Origin: Styela clava
Taxonomy: Eukaryota
Reading direction: 5' to 3'
Assembly (NCBI RefSeq): GCF_964204865.1
Contig: NC_135260.1
Location: 13,144,001 to 13,208,000 of the forward strand
DNA length: 64,000 nt
The notes beneath the pieces were generated by a model. It was not told the DNA's origin. It saw only the letters and a list, made by a program, of their open reading frames with translations, and made no database searches. Below, in pieces: positions 27,090-59,795 of the stretch. The position numbers were made by a program, and so were the translations under genes. The first letter of the stretch is position 1; each line of letters begins with the position of its first letter.

Positions 27090-30000
27090 GCAAGAAAACA
27101 GAATATACACAATAAAAACACTTTGAACAGTACTGATGATAGCTAGTTCTCTGACAACAACCAAAAATACACCGCCGAAATAACTGCAATGGCACTGTAC
27201 TGAAACAATAATATCAGCTTACTGTCTAGTATAAAAACATCCAACAAATCCCCATCCCGCAGTCACAAAACCACGAACAAACATCCCTGATAACCCACCG
27301 GAAACCAGCAGCACTCCCACACACACCCACGACCAGCATCCAACCAAAAACCAACCACACTGTACCGGTACCACCCACTGCACAAGCCAACAGCCACACC
27401 CCGAAAAAAAAACCGACAGTGTCACAACGCCCCCAGTGTCTTCAACGCCAAAATCCCAAATATGGGAACAATATCACATGACATCATTTAACAGATAAAA
27501 CGAGCTTCTTCACATTACCCTTCTTCTAGATGGAAAATTATGAAAGAATGTTTTCATCTTCGTTGGAAAATTTTGAACAACAAAAGAGGCAGTAGTCAAA
27601 ACAAAATATTTCCACAAAGTCTTCAAAATGTCATCGAAGCGACCAAATTGATGCTGCACATCTCCACTGGCTCAATAACGGCTTCTATGTCAGGCCTCCG
27701 GACGCTCAAGGCTGCTGTAGCTGAACGAGTACAACAACTCCCGAGCGGGCCGGTATAACCACATCCTCCTCTGCAGTTACACGACAGCAGGAAGCCGACG
27801 TCTAGTGCTGCACATTAACATCCTGTCCCGCAAGAACAAAACGACCCAACGAGGGATACAGAAAACAGTCCCATTTGCCAAGATAGTCCATACCTAGAAT
27901 GCCCATCCGTGACCCTAGATCTGCGACAACAACGGTATGCTCCGTAGACGGACAACACTAAAAGGCTGAAGGAAGAAACGGATGAAGTGGAGGAAAAACG
28001 GAAGTTGAAGTGTGCCCAAAGGTGAAAAATTAAAAAACACTAAAAGGCTGAACACTAAAAGGAAGGAGTGGATGAAATTTCTTCCGCCGGGTACTTAGGT
28101 GGCTATAAGAGTATAAAAAACACGAAAAATTGAGAGTCATCGAGAAAGAGCTGCGTGTTTGTCTCTCTCAATTAAATTCCAGCCAGAATAAAATATTGAA
28201 ACTCGTCGAAACAGGGCCAGATATTACATTAAAATACCATTTCTGTTCCTAGCTCATCGGTAGCTCTGAATCGGAATATGTGTAACGTCTTTTCCAGCTG
28301 AAGTTGACAAGCTATTATAGTTTATTTCCAAAAATCTCATTTGGTGTTCCGCCACAATTTTAGAATAAAAAAAGTGTTCCGCGATACAAAAAGGTTGAAA
28401 ATCACTGGTGTACGAGGTTAGGGTTCAAGTTGTGCGACATCTTGGTGCGCATACTTCAGTAGTACCAATATTTCAATTTCAACGGAGTTTAAATTAAATT
28501 TCGATCAAAATTAAATGTTTTCTAGAAGTCGGTATCTGATCGTTTATCAATTCATGTCAAGGCGTACCATAACTTAGTCGCAGAGAAGGTGTGCTGTTGC
28601 ATATTTTTAACAAAATTGCAACGAACTTTCGGGTATACGATCCATTTAAATTTGCGTGTGATAGAAACTTACGTCATTCAGTGGAATACTCAACTGACAG
28701 ATTGAAGGAAAATAATTACCCACACAGCACGTCAGCATCTCGAGAGATGATCAGGGTGTGTTACGCTGAACATGAAAATGAATGAAGGCAATAAAAGTAA
28801 ATAACGAAAATTCATTTACATTCCCGTCTGGCAATTGGTGTTATTTGGAGTGTTTGTTTTTCTCCGCTAAACGGCTCTCTTTCTTTCGAATCGCGTAAAT
28901 CAGATTCGAAAAAAATTGCGATTTGAATCGATTCAATTCATGAATCTAAAAGTGGCATGCCTACTCATCAGTCCGCTTTCAGGGTCTTCATCCAATCTCA
29001 CTTCCGTCGGGATATGTTTTGGCTACTTAACTCTCCTAATATTCGGTATTTTAGTGACTTCAACCGCCTCAAAATCGATAGGACAAAATATCATCTAACG
29101 TACTTCTTCCTTTCAGTGTTTAGCTTCTTAGTGACCTCAGCCACCTCACCACCCGTCGGAAGAAATTCCATCCACTTCTTTCTGTTAGTGTTCAGTTTTT
29201 CAGTGACCTCCGCCACCTCATTATTCGTCGGCAGAAATTTCATCCATTTCTTCTTTTTAGTGTTCAGCTTTTTAGTGACTTAACCACCTCAGTAATCGTC
29301 GGAAGAAATTTCATCCACTTCTTCCTTTTAGTGTTTAGCCCTTTAGTGTTTTTCAATTTTTCACCTTTGGGAACACTTCAACTTCCGTTTTTCCTCCACT
29401 TCATCCGTTTCTTCCTTCAGCTTTTTAGTGTTGTCCTCCGTAGACCAGCTTTCAATCGTGAGGTTGACATCAAGTGCACCATGAGACACTAATGACTCGC
29501 CACTGGCAGTACGCAGTGGTACTGGAAAAGTGCAGTTCTGGATGTCCGAATCTTTATGCAACATCGAGCAAACAGCGGTGTCAATGAGCGAGACAACCGC
29601 ACCGGTATGAATCAAAAACAAAACAGGCACGTTATTGACCAAAGCCTTGACATGCCATTCATTAGTTCACGTAAGAGAAGAAATTAAAGTCGAGAAAAGT
29701 GGTTCCATATCATCATCTAAAATCATGTTAGCAGGGAGTGCGCACCTCATCCCTGCCGTTCCGAGTTGAAAGACTGGTTGGGAGTGTTCTTTCGATTTCT
29801 GCGTAACCTATTATATGTTTAGCAGAGATCCTGGCGTGCTCGCCAAAAATTTGTAGCGTGCCGACAGTTTTAATGTAATAATTATCCAGGTTCTGAATAT
29901 CTTCCAATATGATCTGACGTCAAGTTTCCGCTCAATATTCACTCCAATTTTTACTATTTTATTTATAAATTAACAATCTCAACACAACCAAATACTCCAG

Positions 30001-30326
30001 AAAAAACGACAAGCATACAATAAAGCGAAAAGTACCAACAAATCCGCACCCCGCAGTCACAAAACCACAAACAAACATTCCTGATAACCCACCGAAGACC
30101 AGAGGTACTCCCACAGACACCCATGACCAGAATCCAACCGAAAAACAACCACACTGTACCGGTACCATCCACAGCACACGCCAACAGCCACACCCCGAAA
30201 ACAAACCGACAGTGTCACAACGCCCCCAATGTCTTCAAAGCCAAATTACCAAATATGGAAACAATTTCACATGACATCTTTTAACCGTAAATATATACTA
30301 CTACAGATAAAACAAGGGTCGTCACA
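27090..30326 (-). mobile_element. Non-autonomous Gypsy-like LTR element retaining only the aspartic protease region
   Basis: 5' LTR 30326-29852 (TGTGA...CTACA); PBS TGGCGAGCACGCCAGGAT 29845-29828; PPT AGAAGAAGGGTAA directly before the 3' LTR start TGTGA at 27514. The LTRs align over ~290 bp. Protease VLFLIHTGAVVSLI...GILGMDYL is split by an insertion. Confidence 0.85.
27950..29436. mobile_element. Mutator/Foldback-like element with long modular TIRs and 9-bp TSD
   Basis: TSD TCCGTAGAC (27941-27949, 29437-29445); TIR GGACAACACTAAAA..CTGAAGGAAGAAACGGATGAAGTGG of ~135 bp; right arm has extra ~70-bp tandem modules (29100-29340); contains hAT-end and TTAGGG-MITE fragments at 28340-28460. Confidence 0.9.
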
Positions 30327-31435
30327 CTGATTATAGTTGGAGTCAAATTACAAATTGCCCGATGCATTGTCCTAATTGAACTAAAACTTTCTCAGAGACA
30401 AACTTGAGACAAATTTATTTTATTTTTATTTCCGCATAACATATTGACAACCTAACTAAAAACTGACTAACAGCTTTAAAAATGGAAAAACGAGTTAATG
30501 TTTGCAACCATTCTTGAAAATCTGTCCTAGCGTAAAGAATGCCTGACTGAATGTCAATGTTCAAATTGTTACTCCGCCATTGAGTTATTGCTGATTAACC
30601 ATTGTCACTAATAAAAACAAGGATTTTGATGGAAATATCTATACAATTTAGCAAAAACGTCCTTAGATTGCGGTAAATTTGTTTCAAAATTTTACTTGAC
30701 TACCCTCCAGTGGTGAATAGGTCAGACGTTGTTTGTCTCCGTTTTGTTTTATTTTTGTAAGATTCTGAGGTTGTCTGCCTTCCTTAATTTACGCCTTTCC
30801 AGTTGTTTCTCGAAGGTCTAGTTCTTTGTCGGTGTGTTAGGAATGCTTAATTAATCTATAGAAAGAATTTTTTTTATTGTATTATATCATTGTAATTATT
30901 AAAATAACTTCATTATCATGGATGGTTATCACTGCTGAAACAAACTGGAAAAACCATGAAACTCAATTTAACAAATGGATTATGAATGCGAAATGGCTGA
31001 ATGGAGTATGGACTTTTGTACATTTATTTATTTTTCGCATATTTATTAAAATCATTCATTGAGTGAACCAATTAAAAAAAAGATAGCCTATAGTGAAAAT
31101 TTGGGAAAGAAATCTAAAGCTCAAGAATAAAATTTTATTTGAATTTGAAATTTTGCACTTAATGAAAAAACACAGGAAACGTTACCGTACTGCCGTAACG
31201 TTACCACCGTATCGGCACCGGATAATTTTATCTCTGACATTGAACAATAAAGTTAAATTAGGCATGTATATACCATAATGTCGGAGTACCGTAGCCTATG
31301 CCAACATGAAAATTTTTTTCAGGGCATAGCCCAGTAGCCAGGTCTGCAGGTGGGGGCTAGGAATAACATTTGTTATGCTACGTCCACTTGAAGTAGGCCT
31401 GCTTGTGGTACTAAACTATACTAGACCTCATGAGT

Positions 31436-31672
31436 GCTTGAATAACGCCGAATCAAAATGTGATGTAAAAATATTGCCCAAATTTTCATTTTTTCAAATA
31501 TGAGTCAGTCTCATGCGGAACGCTTTACAATATTTGGCACGAGACATACCTGCCTAATTTAAGATTGAGTGTGTTTGATTTTAACTGAACAAGAGTTTCG
31601 TTCCGCGACAGGCAAATTTTTTTCTGAGTCATAAAAATTTCACATCTCATTTCTGTCAGGCGTTATTCAAGC
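31436..31672. mobile_element. MITE
   Basis: Inverted termini GCTTGAATAACGCC / GGCGTTATTCAAGC with further imperfect pairing inward. Confidence 0.65.
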
Positions 31673-32144
31673 GGCAGTAGTTTCACATAACATATTTGTT
31701 TGGCGTTACAACAGCTATGGCATTCACTTCATTAGACATTTACTGCGCAGTTCAGTGTTTCAGTGTCAATTATACATTGGTCAAATAAGTTTTGTCTTTG
31801 ATCCTTTTTTTATGTTTTTGCAGTTTTTATATCAAATCATGTGAAGAAAAGTCTTTCTGAAATAGACTAGTCTAGCTGTTTTTTGGAAATATTGAAATAT
31901 TAGTAATCAGAGTAATGAAAAATTAATAAAATGGCATAAGCCATACGATATATTTAATATTATTATTAGCAGAGAGATGGCAGTAAATACTTTCAGACTT
32001 TATAAGCATCTTGAAATGTTTTATTGTAGTTGATCAAGCGAGACTATTAGTTTAAATTTTCAGAATAATTTTATCATGATTTTGTACACATATTCATTGA
32101 TTCATGTGTTTGAACAAAATATTCATACAAAACCAAGATTCAAC

Positions 32145-32598
32145 CTTGTCTGGGGAGTTGGGAGTCGGAGCTTGGAGCCCTGGAGTCGTGACATTTTAGT
32201 GTATCTGGATCAGAAGCTGGAATCAAGCTTACGATAACAGATAGAGCTGGAGTTGAAGCTGCCAGAAATTTTAGTGGCTCCAGCTCCTAACCATCTACTT
32301 GTTTTTCCACATTCATAATTTTGTAATACGCTATATAAATAATAAAATCTATCCTTCTCAGCTGCTTATACATCCCATTTATTAATTTTAAAACTTTGAA
32401 GATAGATTTCACAACTTGGGTTGATGTTTCATTATAGTGGTATTCCCAAAAAATATTGATGGTATGGAGCCAGAACTAGAGCGGGAGCCTGACTTCTGGC
32501 TGAAAAATAGTGCGCCGGAGCTGGAGCCACTGGGTAGTAATTATACTGTGGCTGTAGAGCTGGAGCCATTGTTATTTTTAATCAGTTCCTAGTCTCTG
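32145..32598. mobile_element. Decayed non-autonomous DNA transposon with GGAGTC/GGAGCT/GGAGCC subterminal hexamer repeats
   Basis: Two clusters of GGAG(T/C)(C/T) repeats, at 32150-32290 and 32465-32570, in an AT-rich intron. Confidence 0.5.
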
Positions 32599-33593
32599 GA
32601 TAAAATAGCATATGATATATGTTTATTTAGTATTGGTTTATCATTCCATGAATCATTTTCACATCTTCATTCAAAACAAGGCTTTCTATTTTTAAAGGTA
32701 CTGAAATCAATCAGGCGCACAATTTTCTAGACCACCCAATTTATAGATTTTTTTCTGTCACTCCTATGTTATGTTTAAAATTTATCGAAAGATTAGATTG
32801 ATATATAATAATTTATATTGTAATTGTTCCTGCCTTCAAAATACTCATACAAAGCACACTTCTATCAATTTATACTCTTATTGTTTTAATTTTGAAATTG
32901 TGCTACAGTATGTTTTCATACATCATTTATAACAATATATTTCAAACCAGCACTTAAAAACCTGGAGAACTATTTAAGAACTGCTTTTAGCACACAAAAA
33001 TTATTTGCATTTGTAGTCTGCATAAAGTAATGTTTTTTCATGAGCTTGTCTCATAAGCATGACTATATTTTTCCGACAGAATGGTGCACAGTAGGCCTAC
33101 ATGTGAAGTAAATTTCCTTTCTCTGACTCTGATGTACCACTTTGTACTGACCATTATTTATTAGTCAACTTCTTTCTATTTCCCTATTGTTAGTCATATG
33201 TATTAAACTCTTAACATTTATTCAAACTGTGCAAAAGTCAGAGTGTGAGTTGTGCGTAGCACTAGCTAAAAAATCAAATATGTATACGTGGTGAGGGAGG
33301 AAGGAATAGAGAGATCAAAAATAGGTAAAGGGTGGAATTTATCGAAAAAGTTTGGAACAATATTTTTGTTGCATTTTGCTCAGTATAAAATAATTCTTTT
33401 ATAAATTTTGATGCCCTTTTTTAATATTTCCAGAAATGTGTAACAAAATGGTCTAGAAAGGGTAATTGCGCAGTCGATTCCGTCATCCACTACTGGAATC
33501 AGTGTGGAATTGACATATATACTTTAATTCAACATCATGTTCAAGATTTGAGTGGAATACTGTCAGCTAATGACTGAAAAGTTGTGGAAATAA

Positions 33594-54425
<20,832 letters not shown>

Positions 54426-54578
54426 AAATAAAAAATGATATACGGATTTGTGAATTGAAAATGGAATTCAATCCTGAATCCTGATTACTATAAAGTAACT
54501 CGTTAAGTCCCGAGATTCATTCCCTAATAGAATGTATTTTCCAAGCTGTAATTTCAAATTAATTCCTATGCTTTAAGC

Positions 54579-54924
54579 CAAGGGTGTGCAACCTGCAGAC
54601 AAAATGCGGCCCAAATGGAAAAATTGTGTAGTCCGTGGAGAAGTGCCAATTCTGAATAGTGTGCAGCTTACGAAACAAGTTTTGAATTTAGATTAATCTG
54701 GTACGTGCGAGTGATTCCAATTTCTTTGCATTGCAAAGCCTATACCTGAGTCCAATTTATTATCTATGCCTATAATGTTACAATGCACTCACAGCTAGCT
54801 TATAAGATCGATAACCAAAATTTTTGTGCCTGCAACTACTAAAAATAAAATAAGAATGCGGCCCGCGGTTTGACTCCCAGTTATTTGTATCTGACCTTCC
54901 TATATTAAATGTTGCACATCCCTG
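54579..54924. mobile_element. hAT-Charlie-like MITE just downstream of the MLK stop codon
   Basis: TIRs CAAGGGTGTGCAAC / GTTGCACATCCCTG; TSD CTTTAAGC / CTTCAAGC (7/8). Confidence 0.85.
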
Positions 54925-56685
54925 CTTCAAGCATTTTGTAATTAAGAGACAATACTAAATAAACTTAGTACTTGATTTTTTGAGTATAAAGTTTTGATAG
55001 TGACAAAATTTTATGTTTAAATTATTTGTGGGAGATCGTATATAATTTGATAAAACATTTCTGCATATAAATGAATAGCTCAATACAATTTTTTATTAGA
55101 CATTGTTTTCGACTTGGGTCCAGAGTGCAACAAGCTTCGGGATATTATCCCTAATGCTGTACAGCTGTGCAGTCTATGTCTGTTGGGATAATAGATTTTA
55201 GTATGATGAATGATAATTTGTTAAAATAAAAATAATTCTATTTATAAATATAAAGTATTACGGTTATGTATTTCTATTTGATAATCTTTATTTGAATATG
55301 CCCATCTCAACTTCATTTAAAATTTGAAATCTTTGAATATGGAATAAACAATTGATGTTTTATCCATGGCCTTTAATGCATTTTTGTGACAAGCAACTTT
55401 TTTGGTCATTCCACTTCCAATTTGCAAAAAATTCGCATGTTTTAAATTTTACAAACAAAATTAGATACACATTATGTTATGGGTTAGCTTTATATATATT
55501 AGGACAAAATACTTGTTTTGAGAATTATTTTCTAGTAACAGAAACGAGGATATTTAGAAATTTGAGCTCTGAGTTATAAAAAGATTTGCAGTAAGCTTCA
55601 GGGAAAAAATTTTCAAGTACATTAGTGGTCTCTTGCCTATTGCTGACTTGATTTTTTGACCAAAATGTTTTTTATCTTCAAATAAATTTTTGAATTTCTA
55701 AAATTCTGTGTTCCCATGGTATATTTTGTGTTATTTGTTTCTATTTAACTTTATCAGAGGTCTAAAATGAATTGGATTTTTTTTATAAAATTTTGCTGCT
55801 ACTGCTGTAATGTAAAATTGACTTTACAAAACATGCTGGCTATTTTTTCTTTTCTTTTTAGTATCAAACTTCACTTTATACTGTGCTCAATTTTTGTTAC
55901 ACAGTATGTAATCGTAATCCTTATATTTTCTGTTTTTCTATTTTTATTTTCATTGTTGCTTTTCCAAGGCAAGTCGTCAGAGTAAAAATTGATCGAAATG
56001 TAAGGCATTGGTTTTATACAATGGCATTTCGATTTCTGAATTCCCCCAGTTCACTTTGTAAATCTATCTTATCAGCTTGATAGTTCCACGCGACCTCGTC
56101 GTCATATATTCTTGTAGCAAAATTTAACATAATAATAGTATACACCTAGATACCATGACCTAAACAATTAATTTTAACATTCAAAAGCCTGATGAAATGT
56201 GTACTAGACGCCAGAAACGCGATGTGTTTTTTTGAATTGGTGGTAGCTTTAGTTTCAACTTTTAAAATGGAAGATCAGAAATTGATTTTTTTGGTTTATA
56301 TCGTTAGTTATTACTTGCACAAGTATTCTACCACCAGTTTTGACATGATTTTTAACGGACATTTCAGCATTGAGATCGTCTGATTCTGAAGTATATATCT
56401 ATTCAATTTAGCGAAATATATTTTGATTCTATGATAAGCTCTTCAGCATCGTTCAACAATTTCTATGAGAATTCAAAATTTTAGGTTCTTATCCATGCCC
56501 ACTGATGCACCCATTGTGTAATGAGGGTTGAAAACTGTATGCTAAACTTACAGGCTTGTCTGGAGCTTTGTTCAGATCAAAAGCGAAATTATAAAATCAG
56601 AAAAACATACAAAATTTATATGGGCAATTTAATAGACTGTATTGATTGAGATTTGTTTATTAACTGCACATGCTTAACATGGATG

Positions 56686-56872
56686 GTTCTAGGGAAATTC
56701 GCCGCAGGAAATTTCGCAGCATAGCCGCAAGAGCATTTTGCTGTAAAACACGTATTTGGAATAAAAACAGTTAGATTTTTGATTTTCCTTCTTGTTAAAA
56801 AAAGATTCGTTATTTAAGACCTTACCCTAACCCAATGCGGCGAGATTCCCTCCGACGAATTTTTCGGACACG
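56686..56872. mobile_element. Small foldback-type element with GGAAATTCGCCGCA modules and CCCTAACCC
   Basis: GGAAATTCGCCGCAGGAAATTTCGCAGC on the left; inverted TGCGGCGAGATTCC..GACGAATTTTTC on the right. Confidence 0.5.
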
Positions 56873-58056
56873 ACATGGACATCTTCGGAAGCATTTAAAT
56901 TCATCATATTGCTTACATTTCATGAAATTTCAAGTTCAAAGTTTCGGAAAAAAGCTCCATTTATTTTCATTATTTGTTCTTGGTGGTGTAGCAACTGTAC
57001 AAAGACTGAACAAAAATGAAGTTGAGTTCAAATTACTTTCAAACGAGGGACCAAATTTGTGTGAGGATAAGCAATTGTTCATTAAATCATCTTTATTAAC
57101 TCAATTCCAGTGAAAATGCCATTGCCTTCTATATGTTCTGTAGTTAATTTTATATGAAATATAAAAACGTTTTTATAAAATGAAACCTATTTAGTATAAT
57201 AAACGTTTTTTTCTGTATGGAAAAATTTATAGTTTCCTGCCTGTCAGTTCATTTATATTTATTTCCATGTTTACTTCTCCTTTCATTTATTCATGCAATT
57301 CTGGTATTTTAACTATCAAGGGCAGCGTCGACATATTCTCCTTATATTTGTGGTCGAGTTTTATGGGTTCGCTATTCTTTAGTATACCTTGACATCAGTG
57401 GGGTGGGAGAAAAAAAATAATGGCAGCACTGTAACTTGTCTTTGGATTGTGCTGACCAGTCACACTTGAATGATTTCTGATTTTCACACTGTTTCTTTTG
57501 TCGTGTCCAAATTTTCTTTATCTTGTTCTTTTGAAGAAATGTTTCATGATAAATAGTTTGGTCTCCTCCAATTCCTGATTAGCGATGTTCATGCCCTTCT
57601 TTGTCAACCATGATCTGAAGATATTTCTTTCATGTCAAGTTTCAACCATTTGTATTTTTTAATCGTTTTTTTGGTCAAGTGGAAATATATAGTACCATGC
57701 CATGCGTCTTATCAATAAAATAATACTCAATTTTCATCTTTCTTGGACTATTTTTCTATCTTATCTATAATATATATTATCGGTCTATCTATTCTATATA
57801 TGTGTGTTTGTATGTATGTGTGACTGGTTGTGTGTTCGGCATAATGGTTTGTTCATTTTATATTTGTAGCGAATATGTCTTGTTGATGTTGTATATGCCA
57901 CTACATCACAGTTTTACTCTACACCTTGCTCTCTTGGAGATATTTTAATCTAGTCCTAAATATATCTATGATATATATGACTCTCTGAAGCATAGTTCAT
58001 GGTAAATTTAGGGCTGGATGAAATATACTATTCTGTCATCATCGCTGACATAAAAT

Positions 58057-58164
58057 AAAGACTGTACTCTTATGCAAAATAGTGTGCCTTTTATGGGTTG
58101 ATTGCGACGTAAAGACTGTACTCTTATGCAAAATAGTGTGCCTTTTATGGGTTGATTGCGACGT
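58057..58164. repeat. Exact 54-bp tandem duplication
   Basis: 58057-58110 is identical to 58111-58164. Confidence 0.95.
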
Positions 58165-59576
58165 ATCCGCGATAAAATGAGAACTAGGCACTCATTCGTG
58201 GTGGAAACGAGAACACTTGGATTCGCAGTATTGCATTTAGTTTCGTTGGTATTTTCGAATTCGAGTCGAACAAGTGGTGATTATATGCACGAAGATTCCT
58301 GCAGAGGTATGAGCGAAGCCGGTGACCGGTTCAGCAACATCCGTCATCTCAAGTCCTTGATCAGCTCCTCGTGGGACGAGCCATTATCCGCCATAATATT
58401 TTGGGGAATTTGCTCAATGAAAGCCCACATACGCTATACTTGGTACTATCAGTCAGTGGTACTATCATCCCTGACCAAATTCCGTTTATCGCTATATTGA
58501 GAGCTTCCAAAGCCGTATGAAGATATGGCGGCACATTACGTGAAGTCAGACAACCCTATATTCCCAGATTAATACTGTAGGTCATTATAAGCTAAATTTA
58601 ATTCTCCGCGTTGAAATTTGAGTTGAACTTGACATGAATTCAAAATGAAAATATAAGCTGGAATTCATTTCCCACGAACCGCGCGCGATCTACAGACGAC
58701 TGGCCCCGCGAGGAGTGGAATAACAAGGGTGTTTGTTATCGTCTTTGCCACGGTGATTCTGGTTCATTATGTTTGGACCGTACCACACAAAAGCGGATAG
58801 TTTCAATATAAACGAACCTTCTGAGTAAACAAAACAATTCCGCTTTATTGAATCAAATCGACTTGGGAAGTATTGTTCTGGAGAAAGTTGACGTAGTTCT
58901 TTTGTCAGTTAAAAGAATTTATATACCCGTTATAACGTTTGTAAAGGTATGGCTAACTTTGCTTGCTAAATATGTACCGAAATCAAGAAAAGGCCTGAAA
59001 TTGAGAATTAAGATCACATAGTCAGAAGTAATTAATTACAGTTTTGCGAGCAACGCCGTTCGTTCGAAAGCGAAATTTCACGGCTTCACAAGTGGGTACC
59101 AACAGAACTATGTAAGATAAATTTGAGCACGATGTGAGGTCGTGTTACTGGCATAGTTCGCTATGTTTAAACATTTCATATTCATGTACCTTGCTACTAT
59201 GGGAGGAAACTTTATTTTGAGAATTGCTGGTAGCTGGTAAAAATTGTCAGTCAGTTTTGAGGTACCTATTGGAAACCCACATGCAATTCTCATGCGCAGT
59301 TGATAACGATATGAATTTAATTAACTACCCTCAATGCATAAGTTTTTCAAGTGGTGTTTTTGGGTTTTGGGAGTGAAAGTGAGCAAACAAATTAAGCACA
59401 GATGCAAATGCCTGACGCTAACAAAGGCCCATTTGCTTGAAGAGCAAATTAGCTATGTTTGAGTTTATATTTGCAAATGAGTTTGAATATTGTTATTTAC
59501 TAATTGTTTTTATTGTTATGTTTTCAAGAATAAACTATGTCTAAAATCGAATAATCATTTACTCGAGCAAAACAAC

Positions 59577-59795
59577 ATGGGATTTTGGGGTTCTCTATCT
59601 AAATGGCTAGCCGGCAAGAAACGCGAGGCAAGAATTTTGTGTGTCGGACTGGACAACAGCGGAAAATCAACAATATTAGACAAGTTTAAACCCAAGAAAG
59701 ACCAGCGAATGGATACCGCTGCGACGCTTGGATTTTCGGTCGAAAAATTCAAATTTTCCAACATCACATTTACAGCATTTGATATGTCTGGACAA
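59577..59795 (+). CDS. ARL6: ADP-ribosylation factor-like protein 6 (BBS3), exon 1
   Basis: MG start; GLDNSGKST P-loop; GFSVEKF; FDMSGQ (ARL6-characteristic); phase-0 donor CAA|GTAAAC. Confidence 0.95.

Noticed and set aside
27219-30204. Hydrophobic G/C/W/V-rich ORFs (27219-27425, 28957-29283, 29959-30204)
   Set aside because: Translations of CA-rich LTR sequence or of the foldback tandem modules
58156-58500. 114-aa plus-strand ORF as a gene
   Set aside because: Non-ATG start inside a tandem duplication; no recognisable motif or splice context
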